From the NCBI GenBank assembly GCA_013265495.1, contig MU057711.1, positions 1,612,001 to 1,676,000 on the forward strand: a DNA stretch of 64,000 nt. Direction: 5' to 3'. Position numbers and translations under genes: made by a program. The DNA is from Vicugna vicugna. Its lineage: Eukaryota. Positions within the stretch are counted from its first letter, which is position 1, and every line of letters starts with the position of its first letter. The notes beneath the pieces are model-generated. The model searched no databases, had not been told where the DNA came from, and saw only the letters and a program-made list of their open reading frames with translations. Positions 1 through 13,040 of the stretch are shown in pieces.

Positions 1-1010
1 AGTGGAGTCTTATACAACAAATAAGGGCCTCAGCGGACCCAGAGACCCTGGGGCTCAGCCACACCCCACCCTCTCCGCTTATGAAGATTCTTCTCCCAAC
101 AGCTACAACTCTCTGCTCTTGAAGAGAAATCTCTAGGACTGTGGTCAAGTCCATTTTCATACTCACTGACTATAACAATGGCTGCTACTTTTTCTGCAAC
201 ATCTAGCCCCCTCCTTCATCAGTAACAGAACATATATTTAACTGGCACAGATTGCATAGAATAAAGCCTCCATTTCTTAGCTTCCCTTGCTAGCTGGGGG
301 TACCAACACACCTTGGATCTGGCCCCAAACCTGGAAGCAGAGGCATCACGTGCAGCTTCAAAGATGTGTCCTTAAAGAGAGCAGAACCTCGCCTTCTCCT
401 CCTTTCCTCCTTTCTTTTGGCTGGAAGGGTGGGTATGATGGCTGGAGCCTGTGCTGCCATATTGGAGGATGGTGGAGCACAGGATAGAAGGGGACCAGGT
501 CCCAGGGTCACAGCAGCCCTGGATCACCCGCCTGCATACTTCTGTTAGAGGTTTAGTTCCTAGCAAGACACAAGTCACAAGCTGTGGAGCAGATGAGCTG
601 ACCCAGCTCCCTCTCCGCAGGGCAAGGCTCTTTCTCTATGTAGATCAATTCCCAGCCCTTCCTGGTCATTTCTGGAACATCTCCTAATGAATTACCTTTA
701 CAGGAGTCTTGGATGCAGGGTCTATTTCTAGAAACCCAACCTGTGACTCCCCTTCCTCCCCATTTGGTCTTTCACAGCCCAGATGATGTCCAGCTGGGCT
801 GTAGTATACAGTGGGCCCCAAGGATCATTCCAGACCATCCACCACATACTTCTGTAAACAAGAAAGAAAGTTCTACCAAGCTTAAGCCACTGCTGTGTAA
901 ACTTGGGCAAGTCTCCTAGTCCCTCTTGCTTTAAGTTTCCCCTCTGTGAAATGCAGATAAAGCCCAATGAGAAAACAGATATGAATGCATTATGGAAACC
1001 ATAAGAAGTA

Positions 1011-1351
1011 TGTTATGGATGGAATGTGTCCCCCTCACCCCATCCACCAAATTCGTACATTGAAATCCTAACCCCTAGTGTGATGGTGTTAGGAGGTGGG
1101 CCCTTTAGGGGAAGGAATTAGGTCATGATGGGATCAGCGCCCTTGTAAGAACATGAGAGAGCTCTCTTCCTCCCTCTGCTCTTTGCCATGTGAGGACCCA
1201 GCAAGAAGACAGCCGTCTGCAAAGCAGGCAGAGAGCCCTCACAAGAACCTGACCACGCTGGTACCCAGATCTCAGGTTTCCCAGCCTCCAGAACCGTGAG
1301 AAATAAAGCCCTGTTCCTTAAGCCTCCAGTCCACAATGCTTTTGTAAGACA
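1011..1351 (+). mobile_element. MaLR solo LTR, MLT1A-like
   Basis: Starts TGTTATGG, has an internal AATAAA, ends TAAGACA. Flanks aagta/aggta are consistent with a 5-bp TSD. Confidence 0.8.
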
Positions 1352-4300
1352 AGGTACTTATTGAATTATCCAATGAGCGACCAATTTAATTAAAGCCAAG
1401 AGCTCCCCCAAAACCAGTGACCATCCTCAAGCCCCAGATGTTTATTTCTAGCAATTCTGGCTGGGAAATTGGGTCCCTCCAACTTTGTTATAGTGATTGT
1501 GACCTGAATGTCCTTTATTCAGAACAAGGCTGTGAGGACTGTGCTCCTGCCCTCCACACCATCATCTCATCACTGCCGCTCCCCAGGCGCCCTGTCCCTA
1601 ACATGGGGCCAACTTGGCCCCCAGCCTCCCAGGCATCCTGCACCCACCCCGTTCTGCTGACTGCACAGCCCTGTCTTCTCCAGGCTAAGAAGGGTCAAGG
1701 CCCTGGGACAGGGTTCCTTCAGCTGTACCCACAGCAGGAACGCAGGCACAGGTCCCAGTCCCAAGGGAGAGGGCCAGGAGAAGGTGGGGAGAGGATGCTG
1801 GAGGGAGATGGGGACTGGAAGGGAGCAGGACCAAAGTCAAAGGGAGGAAACGGGCCACTCCCTCCTAAGCCATGAGCAGCAACAAACGCAATCGTGAGCG
1901 GTCTGTCCGGGCACTTCACTGTGTCCAAAGCACCTTCTCATCTGCTACACCTCCTATTCCCAGCGAGGACACAGAGGTTTGGAGGAGGCAAAGATCTTGC
2001 CTGCAGTCACGCAGCAGCCAGAGATAGTGCATCGACTGACCATAAACATTCCTCAGAATACGGAGAACACCCCGGACCCTCAGCAACAGGCCTGGAAGCA
2101 AACACTCACCTGCTGACCGCTTCCCAGCTGGGCCTGGCCCATAGGGAAGGGCCTGGACAGATGTTGGGGTGGAGGGAGGGCATCTTCCTGAGGCTCCAGC
2201 CCAGTGCCCCCTCACAGATGTGAACAGAAGCCTGGACCTGGCTCAGTGGAGGGGACACATCGGTTGGTTTTGTCCTCTTCTGATACTAGCACCCCAATAT
2301 TGCTTTTGGAAACCATCCCACCCCACAGGGTCCACTCTGAGTGCTCAGCCAAGGGTCCCACCCGGCAGAGGGGTGATTACGTGACAGCAGTTCAGCCAGT
2401 CAGACTGTTCCCTATCGCTTTCACACAAGTCGTAGATGCAAGGTCAATTTCCAGGACCCAACCTCTCAACTCGGACTTTCCCAAGCCATACGACATCCTG
2501 CCAGGCTGTGGCACAGCTGGCCCAGGGCGGGGAGGTCTCCCACCTCGCACCAGTGAGAGACGACGCCACCAGCTGTGAGCCACTGCGGCCCTTCCTCCTC
2601 CGCCTCACAAACCTCTCCTCCTTGCTGCAGCTTCCTCCGCCGTCTGCCAGCTCCACGGGCTCCCCCAGCCCCTCACACAAGGCTCAGCCCCAGCACCGCC
2701 GCCTCAGGGAGGCCCTTCAGGAGCAGCGTGAGCTGGAGCTCTGCCAAGCCGCCCCCGGGCCAGCTGACAGCCGCACAAGAGAGAGACCACAGAGCGTCCC
2801 CGCAGACCTGGCCTTGGAGAAGGGGAGGGTTTAGACTTCCAGAGGTAAAGGGCCAGGAGGGTAGAGAAAGTATTCTTTGGCAGGAACAGAGTCAGCCAAG
2901 AGTGTGGCAGCTTTGGGGACCGCAGGCTACATGGAGGTAAGGAGAGATAGAACAGGAAATACAGGCTGAAGCAGATCGGAGTTAAGTAACAGGGAGTCTG
3001 GGGGCCCAGATGAAAGATGTCGAAGTCACAGCTACTTGCAGTCTCGTGGGGTCCCGTGATGGGCAGGGTCAGAATCTGGAGCCACGGAGCTGGGCCCGGG
3101 AGCATGCCAAAGGTGGCAGAGTGGCCACGTGGGGGCAGCAGCCGCAGGGCCCTCCAGGGCAACGCAGCTTCTGGAGCCGCTCCGAGTTCCGCCTGCTTAG
3201 GCTGCCACCTGTCTTATAGCACCGCCCCAGCAACCCCAGCCTCAAGGCTGCTCTCAAAGTCCCCAGACTTCTCCTCGGGGTCTGGGGGGTGGGGGGAGGG
3301 CCTGGTACATTGGAACCAAAGTCACTTTCCACTTTCATGGCCCTTCCTTTCCTCACCGTGAGGAAGCAGCCCTCTGCTACTAATTTTTCACGTGCTTATT
3401 GTGTTAGAAATCCTTCACCCGGATTAATCCTAGCCACAACTCCGGGAAATAGGTATGGTTATTAATCCCAGATTTTACTGGGAATCCCAAGAAAATGGAG
3501 GCAGAATGGGCTGAAAACCATGCCCACAGTCACACGGGCAGTAAGTGGCAGAGCCATGACTTAACCACTGCACCACACTGCCCGGAAATGGATAGGGGCG
3601 TGTCATCTCTCCTGCCACTGAGCTATCCCAGGACTCCGCCCACCCCTGTGGCCAGCTCCCTCCCTGCCTGCCCAACATCCTATCAGGCCTCCCACCTCAG
3701 TGGATGCCACATCCTGACAGCCTCCCCTCCTCTCCTCCGCAGCCCCACCCTACCCCATCCTTTGCAGCGACATCCCACCCTTCACCCTCCCACCCGGAGC
3801 CCCTTCCGCTCTCTCTCCTGGGAGCTTTAAGCAGGAGAGACAGCTGGGAATTGGCACTGTGGACTGCTGGGGATGTCTGCACTGGGGCCACCCAAGCCTC
3901 CTGCTGCCGCTGCTGCCGGAGGGCAGACGTTTGGAGCTGCAGCCGACTCCGGGAGAAGTCACCGCATCCTTGCCGGCTGCCGCCACGCTGTGATTAGTTA
4001 ATCGCTAAGTGCATGGGGCTTTTAATTAACTGCCAGCCCTGCACGGGCAGCTGTTCCACGAACCACGTCTGATTGTGGCTCCCCCAGTCCAGGCTGATGG
4101 AACACTTCAATCACACAATTGATGCTTGGGTATTTTGATGCCACAGGGATGGCAGCTGCCAGTACTGCAGCTCTGGCAGAAGCAGCCAGCCACAGGAAGG
4201 AGGAAAGAAAGCAGCTCTCAGCTGAGGGGGAGGCCACCGAGTAGGCAAAGCTGAGGGGAAAGTCCGCACAAGGGCTATGAGTGTGCAGACATAGCTGTGG

Positions 4301-4676
4301 TCTTTATATATTAGAAGTCACACAACTCAAACAAATGTAAGGCAGAAAGAAACCTGTAGATGCCACATAAGCAGAGAGTACTTCAGGAATGGCTGGATCC
4401 AGGGGCACAAAAGAAATTGCAGGAGCAGATGAGGCGTGAACCGTCAGAAGAGCAGCACCTGCACCCTGGATGAGCCGACCGAGCACGGGGAGCTCACAGG
4501 AGGCACGGGCGAGGTAGCGATAGTGTCACTTCTCCAAACCAGCACTTCCCTTGTTTTTTTCTGATTCAGTTATTCCCTCCCACTTCTGGACCTCCAGTTA
4601 ATTCTCGCCCTTCTATTATAGCCTTACCACATTTAATTTTAACCATTTGCCCATATGTCTGTGTTGTCCAGTAGAC

Positions 4677-4897
4677 CAAGATTTCCCAATTTCAGCACTA
4701 TTGACATTTGGGGCAGATAATTCTCTGTTGTGGGGGCTGGCCTGTGCTCCGTAAGATGTTTAACAGCAGCGTCCCTGACCTCCACCCGCTAGAAGATGCC
4801 AGGAGCACGCCTCCCCCAGTTGTCACATCCAAAAATGTTCCCAGTCATTGTTAAACATCTGCTGCAGGGGCAGAAGCCACCCCCACAACAGCCTCTG
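4677..4897. mobile_element. MER20 (hAT) non-autonomous DNA transposon
   Basis: Diagnostic text cactattgacatttggggcagataattctctgttgtggggg...aaaaatgttcccag. Confidence 0.8.
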
Positions 4898-6834
4898 GGA
4901 TAGACATTGAGGCTCAGAAGTGTCATGTCCCCCGGGGCAGGGCTGAGACCTGGTGGGGTTCCCGTGATGCTCTGGGGGCAGAAGCAAGGGTTGGGGGAGG
5001 AGGGCAGTGGGGCCGCAAGAACTGACAATCATGGGCTCCATGTTTGACAGAGGGGACCCGTGTGTTAGTGTGGGCACTGCTGCACGTGAGGGCTGAATGT
5101 CTGTCAGGTGGTCAAGGGGCCCCTACTAGCACACCAAAACCCCAGACTCAGAACTGGAGGTGAGAGAGTGCTAAGAAACTGAGCAGAAGCAAGGAAACTC
5201 AGACCTAGAGAGAAAAGGGGCCCAGGTGGGGGCCAGCCCAGTGTTCAACCCACCCCCCAACATAGCCATTTACATGCCCCAAAATACCAGGAGCTGGCCC
5301 TTTTCTGTGCCAGGCGCACTTGTAAAGCCTGATTTAATAACTCTTCACAGGAATCTCTGAGATACATAGTATCACTTCATCCTGTTTCACAGATGAGGGA
5401 AGATAGGCACTGGAGGGTTTGCTGGTGGTGGTGATGTGTTTACTTGCCAAAGATGCCAAGTAGCAGAGCCAGGATTCCATTCCCACTGGTCTGGCCCCTG
5501 AGTCCACTGTCCTGCCCAGGACACTCCACTGGCCCTGCCAGAGGGCAGAGCAGCCCAGGTTGTCCTCAGCCTTTGTGGAGGAGCAAGAAATGGAGAAAGT
5601 ACCTGTGGGGAGGGAAGCTTTTCAGAGAGAGACCAGTGGTCGCATCCTGAGAACCTTCCCCGGCTTGGTTACCTGGAAAGGGCAGTGGACTCCAAGGCCA
5701 AGGGCTAGTTTACATCTTACCCTCCAGCGCCCGGCAGTGGGACCACAGCTCCGTCTCCTCCCTGAGCCTCGGTCTCTTCATCTACACAGTGAGAATAGCG
5801 CCCACTTTCCTGGGAAGCAGGAGGAACCGGATCCCCTGTCTGCAAGTGGTGGGACCTCCACAAGCGACTTCAGCTCCTTGAACCTTGACGTCCCCAGCTG
5901 TGGTAAGGGAGTGACAATACCTCTGTGTCTGGTTCAGTGGGAGAATGAAACGAGGAACTACATGGGAACGTCCATATAGCGCCTGGCCCCTAATACAATA
6001 CTGCTCAGGAGCCCACATCAGCCCTGGGGTCACATTTGAGCCATTTCCCCTGGGGCTGGCAGGCTTAAATCCACCCCCTGCCACGCTCCCCCCAGTACAT
6101 GTATCGTAGACTCAAATGGCCAGAAAGCTGTGGTCCTCGGAGCGGGTGTCAGCCTAGTCTCCCTTCCCACCCCGTGCACACACAGTCCTCATCTAGGGCT
6201 CTTTGAGGACGAAGTCACTGCAGGATCACTTCCTGCACAACAGCGAGGAACAGCCGGCTGGCTCTCATCACATGCAGTGCGCCTGTCCCTCCCTCCTTCA
6301 GCCCCACAGGCTCCTGCCACTCCCCTGGGAGCAGGGGATTCATTCCCTTTTAAATCACAATGATAATAATTGAGCTGGGAAAGCAGAGGGAGGCTGGAAC
6401 TTGCCCACAGCAGACCCCAGTAGGACCAGCTTATCATCCCCCACCCCTGCCTTTGATCGTGTTGTCCAGCACCTGGAGTCACCTCCCCCCAACCCCGTTC
6501 ACCCCCTGGACCAGACCTCCAGGCTGCCTTTCCCTGAGAGGTGGGGAGTAGTGAGGAATGAGCCCTGAGCCATCCTTCTGAGCAGCAGGACAAGCCCTCC
6601 CAGAGCCCAAGCCGAACCCCAAGTCCCTCCTTGCTGATTCTTGCTGCGCTGCCATGGAGGAGGAAGAGGGGGCGGCCGTGGCCTGGTCTTGGCTGGAGTT
6701 GTTTCTGTGCTATTGCCCCAGGTTGGGCCCCTTGTACTGGCCCTCCCAGGGCCATTGTTCTGTGGGATCAGCACTCCTACATCACTCCCACCTTTGGCCA
6801 TATCGTAGGCCTGTGCATTCGTCCATGTTATGTA

Positions 6835-7060
6835 CTCATGGCTACCATTTATTAAGCACATATTGTATGTCTGGCACAGTGCTAAGCACTTTATCCAGTT
6901 AGTTCACTGAATGCGCACAATTGCTTGGAGTAAGAACTATTACTGACTTTATTTTACAGAAGAGAAAACTTAGACCAGAGAGGTTAAGTGACCTGCCCAA
7001 GGGCACACAGCTGGCACAGGGTGGATTCCTCTCCAGAGCCTGTACTCTGAATCATTATGC
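6835..7060 (-). mobile_element. MIR SINE (representative; other MIR pieces near 880, 3370, 5290, 13165, 14460, 16150, 22820, 39060, 39540, 47480, 51320, 53010, 55610)
   Basis: MIR core ttttacagaagagaaaactt...gaggttaagtgacctgcccaagggcacacagct. Confidence 0.85.
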
Positions 7061-7474
7061 TGTAATCGTGACACTGTCAGGTGTCCTGAGTTTCTGCAAC
7101 TTTGCAAAGTCCTTGATTGTCTTAGGAGCACCTCCCAAGATCCCCATGAGCAAAGCAAGGCTGAGGTTAGTGCCATTTTACAGATGAGGAAACCTAAGTC
7201 TGTGGAGAATCAGCCTCCCTGTGGGCGCGTAATCAGAAAGCCACAGAGAAAGGAACGGACCCAGTCAACCCCTCAGCCTCAGTCAGCCCAGGTGGGCCCC
7301 GGGGACCAGACAGGTGGAATCAGCACACAGAAACCAGACAGCCCAGGGCCTGGGCGATTTCATGTCTTTGACCTGTGAAATGGGGTAAGAATCCCTGTTT
7401 CTTCAGATCAAGGCTAGAAGGAGACAAATTTGTCTTTGTAATTTTGTAAAGTGTTTAGAATTACTGACTCCTCC

Positions 7475-7740
7475 AGGGTCATAAACTCACATGTCTTCAG
7501 GGGACAAGTGGGTCTTATAGATGGATAAAGCTGGCCAGAAGGGAAAGGCTGAGGTCAGAGATGGCATGTGCCCCATCTCAAGGGGGACGGTGGCAGCCCA
7601 GTCATACCAGATCACCATCTATTAAACAAATCAGAATTTTGAATGTTTTTATGAAATGCCCAGATTTATAAAACTCTTTGCAGGCTGAACAAAAAATATC
7701 TGTGGATCAAATACCCCTTGCACCAGTTTGCAACTTGTAA
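7475..7740 (-). mobile_element. hAT-Charlie element, MER102-like
   Basis: CAGGG start and ..ccagtttgcaacttg end; resembles the 8658-8952 element in opposite orientation. Confidence 0.5.
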
Positions 7741-8657
7741 TGGAGCCCTAGTTGCTAGAAGATCAAAAAGGCCAGACAGCAAGTCCAAGGTCGCAAGCAA
7801 ACGAGGCAGAGCCAGGCGAGCCTCGGCCCCAGCCTTGGGCACCCCCATCAGCCCGGTCTCCCCACTTCCATGATGCTCAGCATTTAACACCATCCTCAGA
7901 GCCATCCAGCCTGAGGCCTGGGCCCTGGGCAGCCGACAGCCTCTGTGGGGCCCTGCAGAGCAAGGGAAGGACATTTCCAGGACAGCGGAGGCTGCAGAGC
8001 TCTGGGTACGTAAATCACAGCCCCCTCCACAGCACATCCATCCTGAGGCCTAATTGAGACATTTGCTTGGAGTGTCCTCAAAAACTAGGGCAGATGTGGC
8101 ACTCTGGGAGTCAGAGCCACCTGCCGCAGGCACCCTGCCGAGACTGGGGACCAATGGCTGTTCTCCGGAACTTGGACCAGCCACAGGGACGCTGGTTCTC
8201 GCTAATAAGATTATATATATTTTAAATAACCCTTGTATACTGCAATGATACTGACTATTAAAATGCCAGAAAGGAGGACAAAATCAAAAAAGACAGCTAG
8301 CCCCTCTCTATAGGAACCATGCAGCACCAGGTGGAAAAACCCGTGTGGACTTCGCCCCCAGGATCCCCCCAGCCTGAGCCGGGATGCTTGGAGGTGCTCA
8401 AACCTATCTTGACACTTGAGATCTCCTCAACTCTTAAAGAGGGGCTGCTGCTTGAACCTTGTTTCTCAGACTCCTTTCTCCTGGAGCCCCACAGTGCTCT
8501 CATGGGCTGCAGGTCAGGAGAACTGGGTTCCAGTCCTGGACGTACTTATTCCCAGCTGAGTGGACTTGGGCAGTCACCTCCCCCTCTCTCTGCCTCCTTT
8601 CATCCTCAGTCCTTTGCCCTCACAGAGCGTCCCGCCGTGGTGAGGGTCCAAAGAGGC

Positions 8658-8952
8658 AGAGGCCACAAATGTGCAATCCTAGGTCTGAACAAGGCCACGT
8701 AGGTTTTGCCTAATCAGCATTTCTTTTTAAGTTTATTTCTAACTAATTTCACATAAACATCTGGATTTCTGGATTCTCTTAAAACCTCAGACGATCTGGC
8801 GCCACCGGACTGACCTTGCCACGTGGCCACAGTCGGCTGTAGTTTAGTGACAGCTTGCCTGTTCACCTGACTCCACACACTCCCTACTGCCTACACTCAG
8901 CCAGCTTCGCTCCTTCATGTCACCTGCTTCACACTTGAACCTGAGACCCCTG
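8658..8952 (+). mobile_element. hAT-Charlie element, MER102-like
   Basis: cagaggccacaaatg...ctggatttctggattctcttaaaa...gagacccctg. Confidence 0.5.
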
Positions 8953-10639
8953 ATTTAATGCGGCAGATATAAAAAGTCTTGAGGGACGTATACAGATTCT
9001 TCTGGGCCTCATTATTATTAATGGAATTTCTGGGTCCCACAATTTGGCTTTGACCTTGAGCAGGTCTCCTGGGCTCTTGGGGCTCTGGTCTCCTCCTCAT
9101 CTGTGAAATGAGAGGGTGTACTAGGGGACTCCAAGAGCGTTTCTAGCTCTGACACTCAGAATGCCCCAGCGGTCCCGTCTTGCAATCTTGGAACTTCAAT
9201 TGCAGTCTGAGTGCCTCTTGACTCCCCAAGTTCTGCCATAACATTTGTTAAAGGAAGGGAGGGAGGAAGCTGTCCAAGGCTCCCTGGGTACAGGTCACCG
9301 AGTCTCCACCTCTCTTAACCAACCCATCCCGTGTCCCCAAGACAGAGCCAGGAAAAGCAAGCCTGGGCCCAGCCAGGGATAGGATTGCATGTTGGTTCTG
9401 ATGACAGAAAGCACATTAAAAAAAAAAATCTTCCCCTGACACACTGTTTATTTCTTTTGCACCGCTGGCTAATGTCTTTTTTATTAAAGCCTTAATAAAC
9501 ATCATGTTGCAATTTGTTTCTGTAAGGACTATTTGGTGGGGTTAGGGGCTATTGTTCCCCCCTCCACCCCCAAATTCCTACAGTTCATTTCTTTCTGTCA
9601 ACCCTCAGCACAATCCCAGATTCAATCTGGACCTGGGATCCAGCCTTGCCGGCAACAGTGCTCTACTTGATGCTGTCTCAATGTACACAAGGCGTCGTCC
9701 TGAGATCTTCCAGCTCAGCATGCCCGCTCTCCTCCCCACCTGCCTCTACTGCTGTTCACATCACTTGCCTGGCCCATCAAAAGCACTCAGGAGCTGCTTG
9801 TTGAGTGAACGAATGAAATTTCTAAAGCAACAAAGCATTCCAGCACCTTCATTCCCTTGCTCCAAAGTAACCCTCCACGCCCTTCCCCCAGCCTCCACTC
9901 TCTGGACACACAGATTATTCCCTCCGCGTACACCACCATTGGCCGGTGCAGCTCCCTCCGGCTGGGATGTAATTTCCCTCTTGTCAAAGTCCTCTGCATC
10001 CTTCAAGACCGAGCTCTAATACTTCCTTGGCAGAGTCTACTCTGATCCCTCCAGGCAGACTTTACCGTGCCCTCTCTTGTGTTCCCTCTGCACTTTTTTG
10101 TAATGTCACTACTTCACTATTACCATTGCCCCTGTATTTGCTGTTTGTATGACATAAAAGGTTTGATGGCAAGTGACAGAAATACAACTCAGGTGGAGTT
10201 ACACATTAAAAGTCTGAAAAACTCAGATGCTGGCTTGTGTTTTCAGTGGGTCTGTTGGCTCTGCCCTGCTCTTTGAATGGGGTTCGTCTTCATGGTAGCT
10301 TCCGTCCCCCATCAGAAAAAATTCTTACCACCATTCCAGGCTTCACATCCAAATGCCCCACTATTGACATGAAGAATTCTCCTCACATTCCAAGCAAAAG
10401 CTCCCACTTCCAGGCTGACTGAGCCCCTCTCGTGCCAATCACTCTAGCCTGGGGAGTGCCTTGTATTCATTGGCTCAGATCAACGGGGTGCCTTCCCTCA
10501 AAATGAAGTCGTGTTTACTCACCTGAACCTCAAGGGGGAACCACAGAGGAAGCACCGGGAGGCACAACAGTGCCCGCCAGGCTTTGTAGGTGTCTCTGCA
10601 AGGAAACGACAAGCTCCTTGAAGACTGACTCTCTACTTA

Positions 10640-11045
10640 ATCACTATCTGGTACTCTAGCCACCTTGGCCTTCTGCTAGTCCTCAAATGTTCCCTGCTTC
10701 CATCCTGCCACAGGGCCTTTACACTTGCTTGTCCCCCTGTCTAGGGCCCCACTGAGGCCTGCTTACACTTTAGCTCCACTCATTCCCCCATTGTGATCCA
10801 CCCGCTACGCATCCACGTCTGGCTCTTTTGTTTTGGCTAGTTCTTAGGATTATATTCCTTTCCTTCAGAGCATTCACCTTCACTTGTCATGACGGATTCA
10901 TAGGGTAATTATTTGACTGCTGTCTCGTCTCTCCCAGTAGCCCATATGTTTCACAAGATCTGACTATGTTTTTTATCTTGTTTTGTATCCCCAGCACCAT
11001 GTCTGGCACATAGTTGGCATCTGGTAACTGTGTTTTCAACAAATA
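10640..11045 (+). mobile_element. L2 LINE 3' fragment
   Basis: ctctagccaccttggccttctg...gtatccccagcaccatgtctggcacatag, a typical L2 3' end. Confidence 0.7.
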
Positions 11046-11399
11046 TAAAAGTAATTCAGCCTCTAAAAATCTCCATTTTAATTAGATTATGTTGTGGAAA
11101 GCCTACCGAACTAAGGAATTCAGATGTTTTAATAAGCTCCAGGGACCCACTGAAGGCTTTTGATAAGAGCAACTATGGGAACTGACCTTTGTTTTAGTAA
11201 GATCTCTCTGGAGATGGAAGTGGAGAGGCCATACAGGAGGCTGCGGCAGAGTCCAGGTGGTGGACAGTGCTGAGAGAGGGACAGCGGCCACATAGGGATG
11301 CCAGTGTCCCACTCCACTCTGACCCTCATGGACCAGCCTGACAGTGACCTCATAATCACCCGCTAGACCTCCTACCCTTTTAAAGTCAGAATCCCATCT

Positions 11400-11550
11400 G
11401 TGGTCTAATACTGCCAAAATATGTTCACATTCATGTTCATCACATGAGGAAAACGTCCTACCATCTGAGTCACCCAGGCCAGCAAGCAGAGGCAGAGGGT
11501 TCGACAAAGTGAGTGTGCCACCTTCCCGCCCAAGTCACGACCAAGGCTCC
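11400..11550 (+). promoter_or_regulatory. Probable proximal promoter/5'UTR of C16orf78
   Basis: Lies directly upstream of the ATG. No TATA box or CpG island seen; TGAGTCA (AP-1/CRE-like) at 11466-11472. The TSS cannot be located from sequence. Confidence 0.4.
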
Positions 11551-11703
11551 ATGATGACAGAGAAGCCAGAGGACCTGAAGGACTCGCTGCCTACAGAGAG
11601 AAAGCACGTGTGGAGGTCGGCTGAGGAGAGGCGGATGTCGGACCTCACGCGGGTGTTGGAGTGGCTGGAGCGGAGGCAGAGGAAGAAGGCGCAATCTCTC
11701 CAG
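11551..11703 (+). CDS. C16orf78: C16orf78 orthologue, coding exon 1 (MMTEKPEDLKD...RQRKKAQSLQ)
   Basis: ATGATG at 11551/11554. The peptide WRSAEERRMSDLTRVLEWLERRQ matches my recall of the human C16orf78 N-terminus (WKTAEDRRMSDLTCVLEWLERRQ). Donor CAG|GTGTGT at 11704, phase 0. Confidence 0.93.
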
Positions 11704-11706
11704 GTG

Positions 11707-12218
11707 TGTTCTGTCAAAGGAAACTTGCGAGGAAGACTTCACTCAAGGCTATTGCAATATGATGTGATGGGGAGAGAACGTTTTAAGCACTGGGGTGAGC
11801 CAGGAGGAGAGCACTGGAGGATGGTGTTGGGGGGTGTTGTGGATATGATCAGGCCATCTGTGTTTGCTAACTCTCCCTGTGTAGTTAGGCTCCTGCCCTC
11901 CCACAGAGACTGGAGGTGGGAGTGCTGTCTTTTCCTGATGATTACATTTCAAAGGGATGGCTCCCAGGTCCTTGAGAAAAATACTCTTGGACTGTAAAAC
12001 TGGCAGGAGGCTGGGTGAAGATTTACATCTCAAAGGATCAGAGAAAGAGTTTACAAGTTTTCCAAAGGAATTGTTCTCAGAACAGGGTGGTCAAGGGTCT
12101 AGAGTCCAGGAAGAAACCTGGCTGGTTTACTCAAGGTGAGGGGAATGTCAGGGCCGTCTTGGTCAGTGTTCGAGAAGGACTGAAGGACAATAATTTCTAG
12201 GGTCTTGGTGGCAGAACG
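11707..12218 (-). mobile_element. ERV1-type solo LTR (MER34/MER39-like) at the start of C16orf78 intron 1
   Basis: Contains gatgattacatttcaaagggatggctcccaggtccttgag...gaagatttacatctcaaagg, recalled from MER34/39-group LTRs. Inverted ends gttctgtca/tggcagaac; about 510 bp. Confidence 0.6.
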
Positions 12219-12358
12219 GGTCCTTCCCACTGTCTCCAGGCACTTCCGTCCTCATGATGGCTCCAGGGCATCAGTCTCCTCCACCACTACCTGCACTGGG
12301 ACCCCTGCTAACATACCTCTGCATTTCTATCCTGCAACAGAACTAGTTGTAACCTGTC

Positions 12359-12835
12359 TGTCTTAGTCTATTTGGGCTGCTAGAACCCAATGCTATAGAC
12401 CAGGCCGCTTATAACAACAGAAATTACGCTCTCACAGATCTGGAGGCTGGGAAGCCCTAGATCAAGCAGATTTGGTATCTGATGAAGGTCTGCTTCCTGG
12501 TTCACAGATGGCCACCTGGGGGAGGGTGTATCTCAGTGGTAGAGCACGTGCTTAGCATGTACAAGGTCCTGGATTCAATCCCCAGTACCTCCATCAAAAT
12601 AAATAAATAAATAAACATAGATGGCCACCTTCTTGCTACCTCTTCATATGGAGGAAGAGACAGGAGAGCTCTCTGGGCCTCTTTATTTATAAGGCCCTAA
12701 TCCCACACATGAAGGCTCCACCCTCATGACCTAACCAGCTCCCAAGGCCCCACCTCCTAACACCATCACTCTAGGAGTTATGATTTCAACATATGAATTT
12801 GGTGGGAGAGACACAAACATTCAATCAGTAGAACC
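12359..12835 (-). mobile_element. MaLR solo LTR (MLT1A-like) interrupted by a SINE
   Basis: tgtcttagtctatttgggctgct...ccccacctcctaacaccatcac...tttcaacatatgaattt; reverse-complement counterpart of the 1011-1351 LTR. Confidence 0.8.
12518..12618 (+). mobile_element. tRNA-derived SINE, camelid Vic-1-like
   Basis: A-box-like tatctcagtggt, B-box-like ggattcaatcc, (AAAT)n tail. Perfect 12-bp TSD agatggccacct at 12506-12517 and 12619-12630. Confidence 0.85.
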
Positions 12836-13040
12836 ACACTTCCCTTTTTCTCCAGGAACTCTGGCAACCACTTTGGCCTCAGTTTCCCCCAGAGTTCCCC
12901 TCTGGGCCCATCATCTATGGGAAATCAAGCCATGTCCTTAGAAAGTGATCTCTTTCTACAGAGGATGCTACCTGGTCTCGCCTCCCCTGGCCCCGAGAAA
13001 AATGGGCAAAATGGCATTGCTAACAACAGTGATAACTTTT

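Noticed and set aside
2436..2834. 132-aa ORF with coiled-coil-like LREALQEQRELE
   Set aside because: GC-rich, partly overlapping LTR-like sequence, open in several frames on both strands, and no homology that I recognise. A BLASTX hit would reverse this.
11704..11997. Read-through extension of exon 1 (162-aa ORF)
   Set aside because: Similarity to C16orf78 ends at the donor; the remainder translates LTR sequence.
12518..12600. tRNA gene
   Set aside because: The TSD, A-rich tail and several diverged copies in the window show it is a tRNA-derived SINE.
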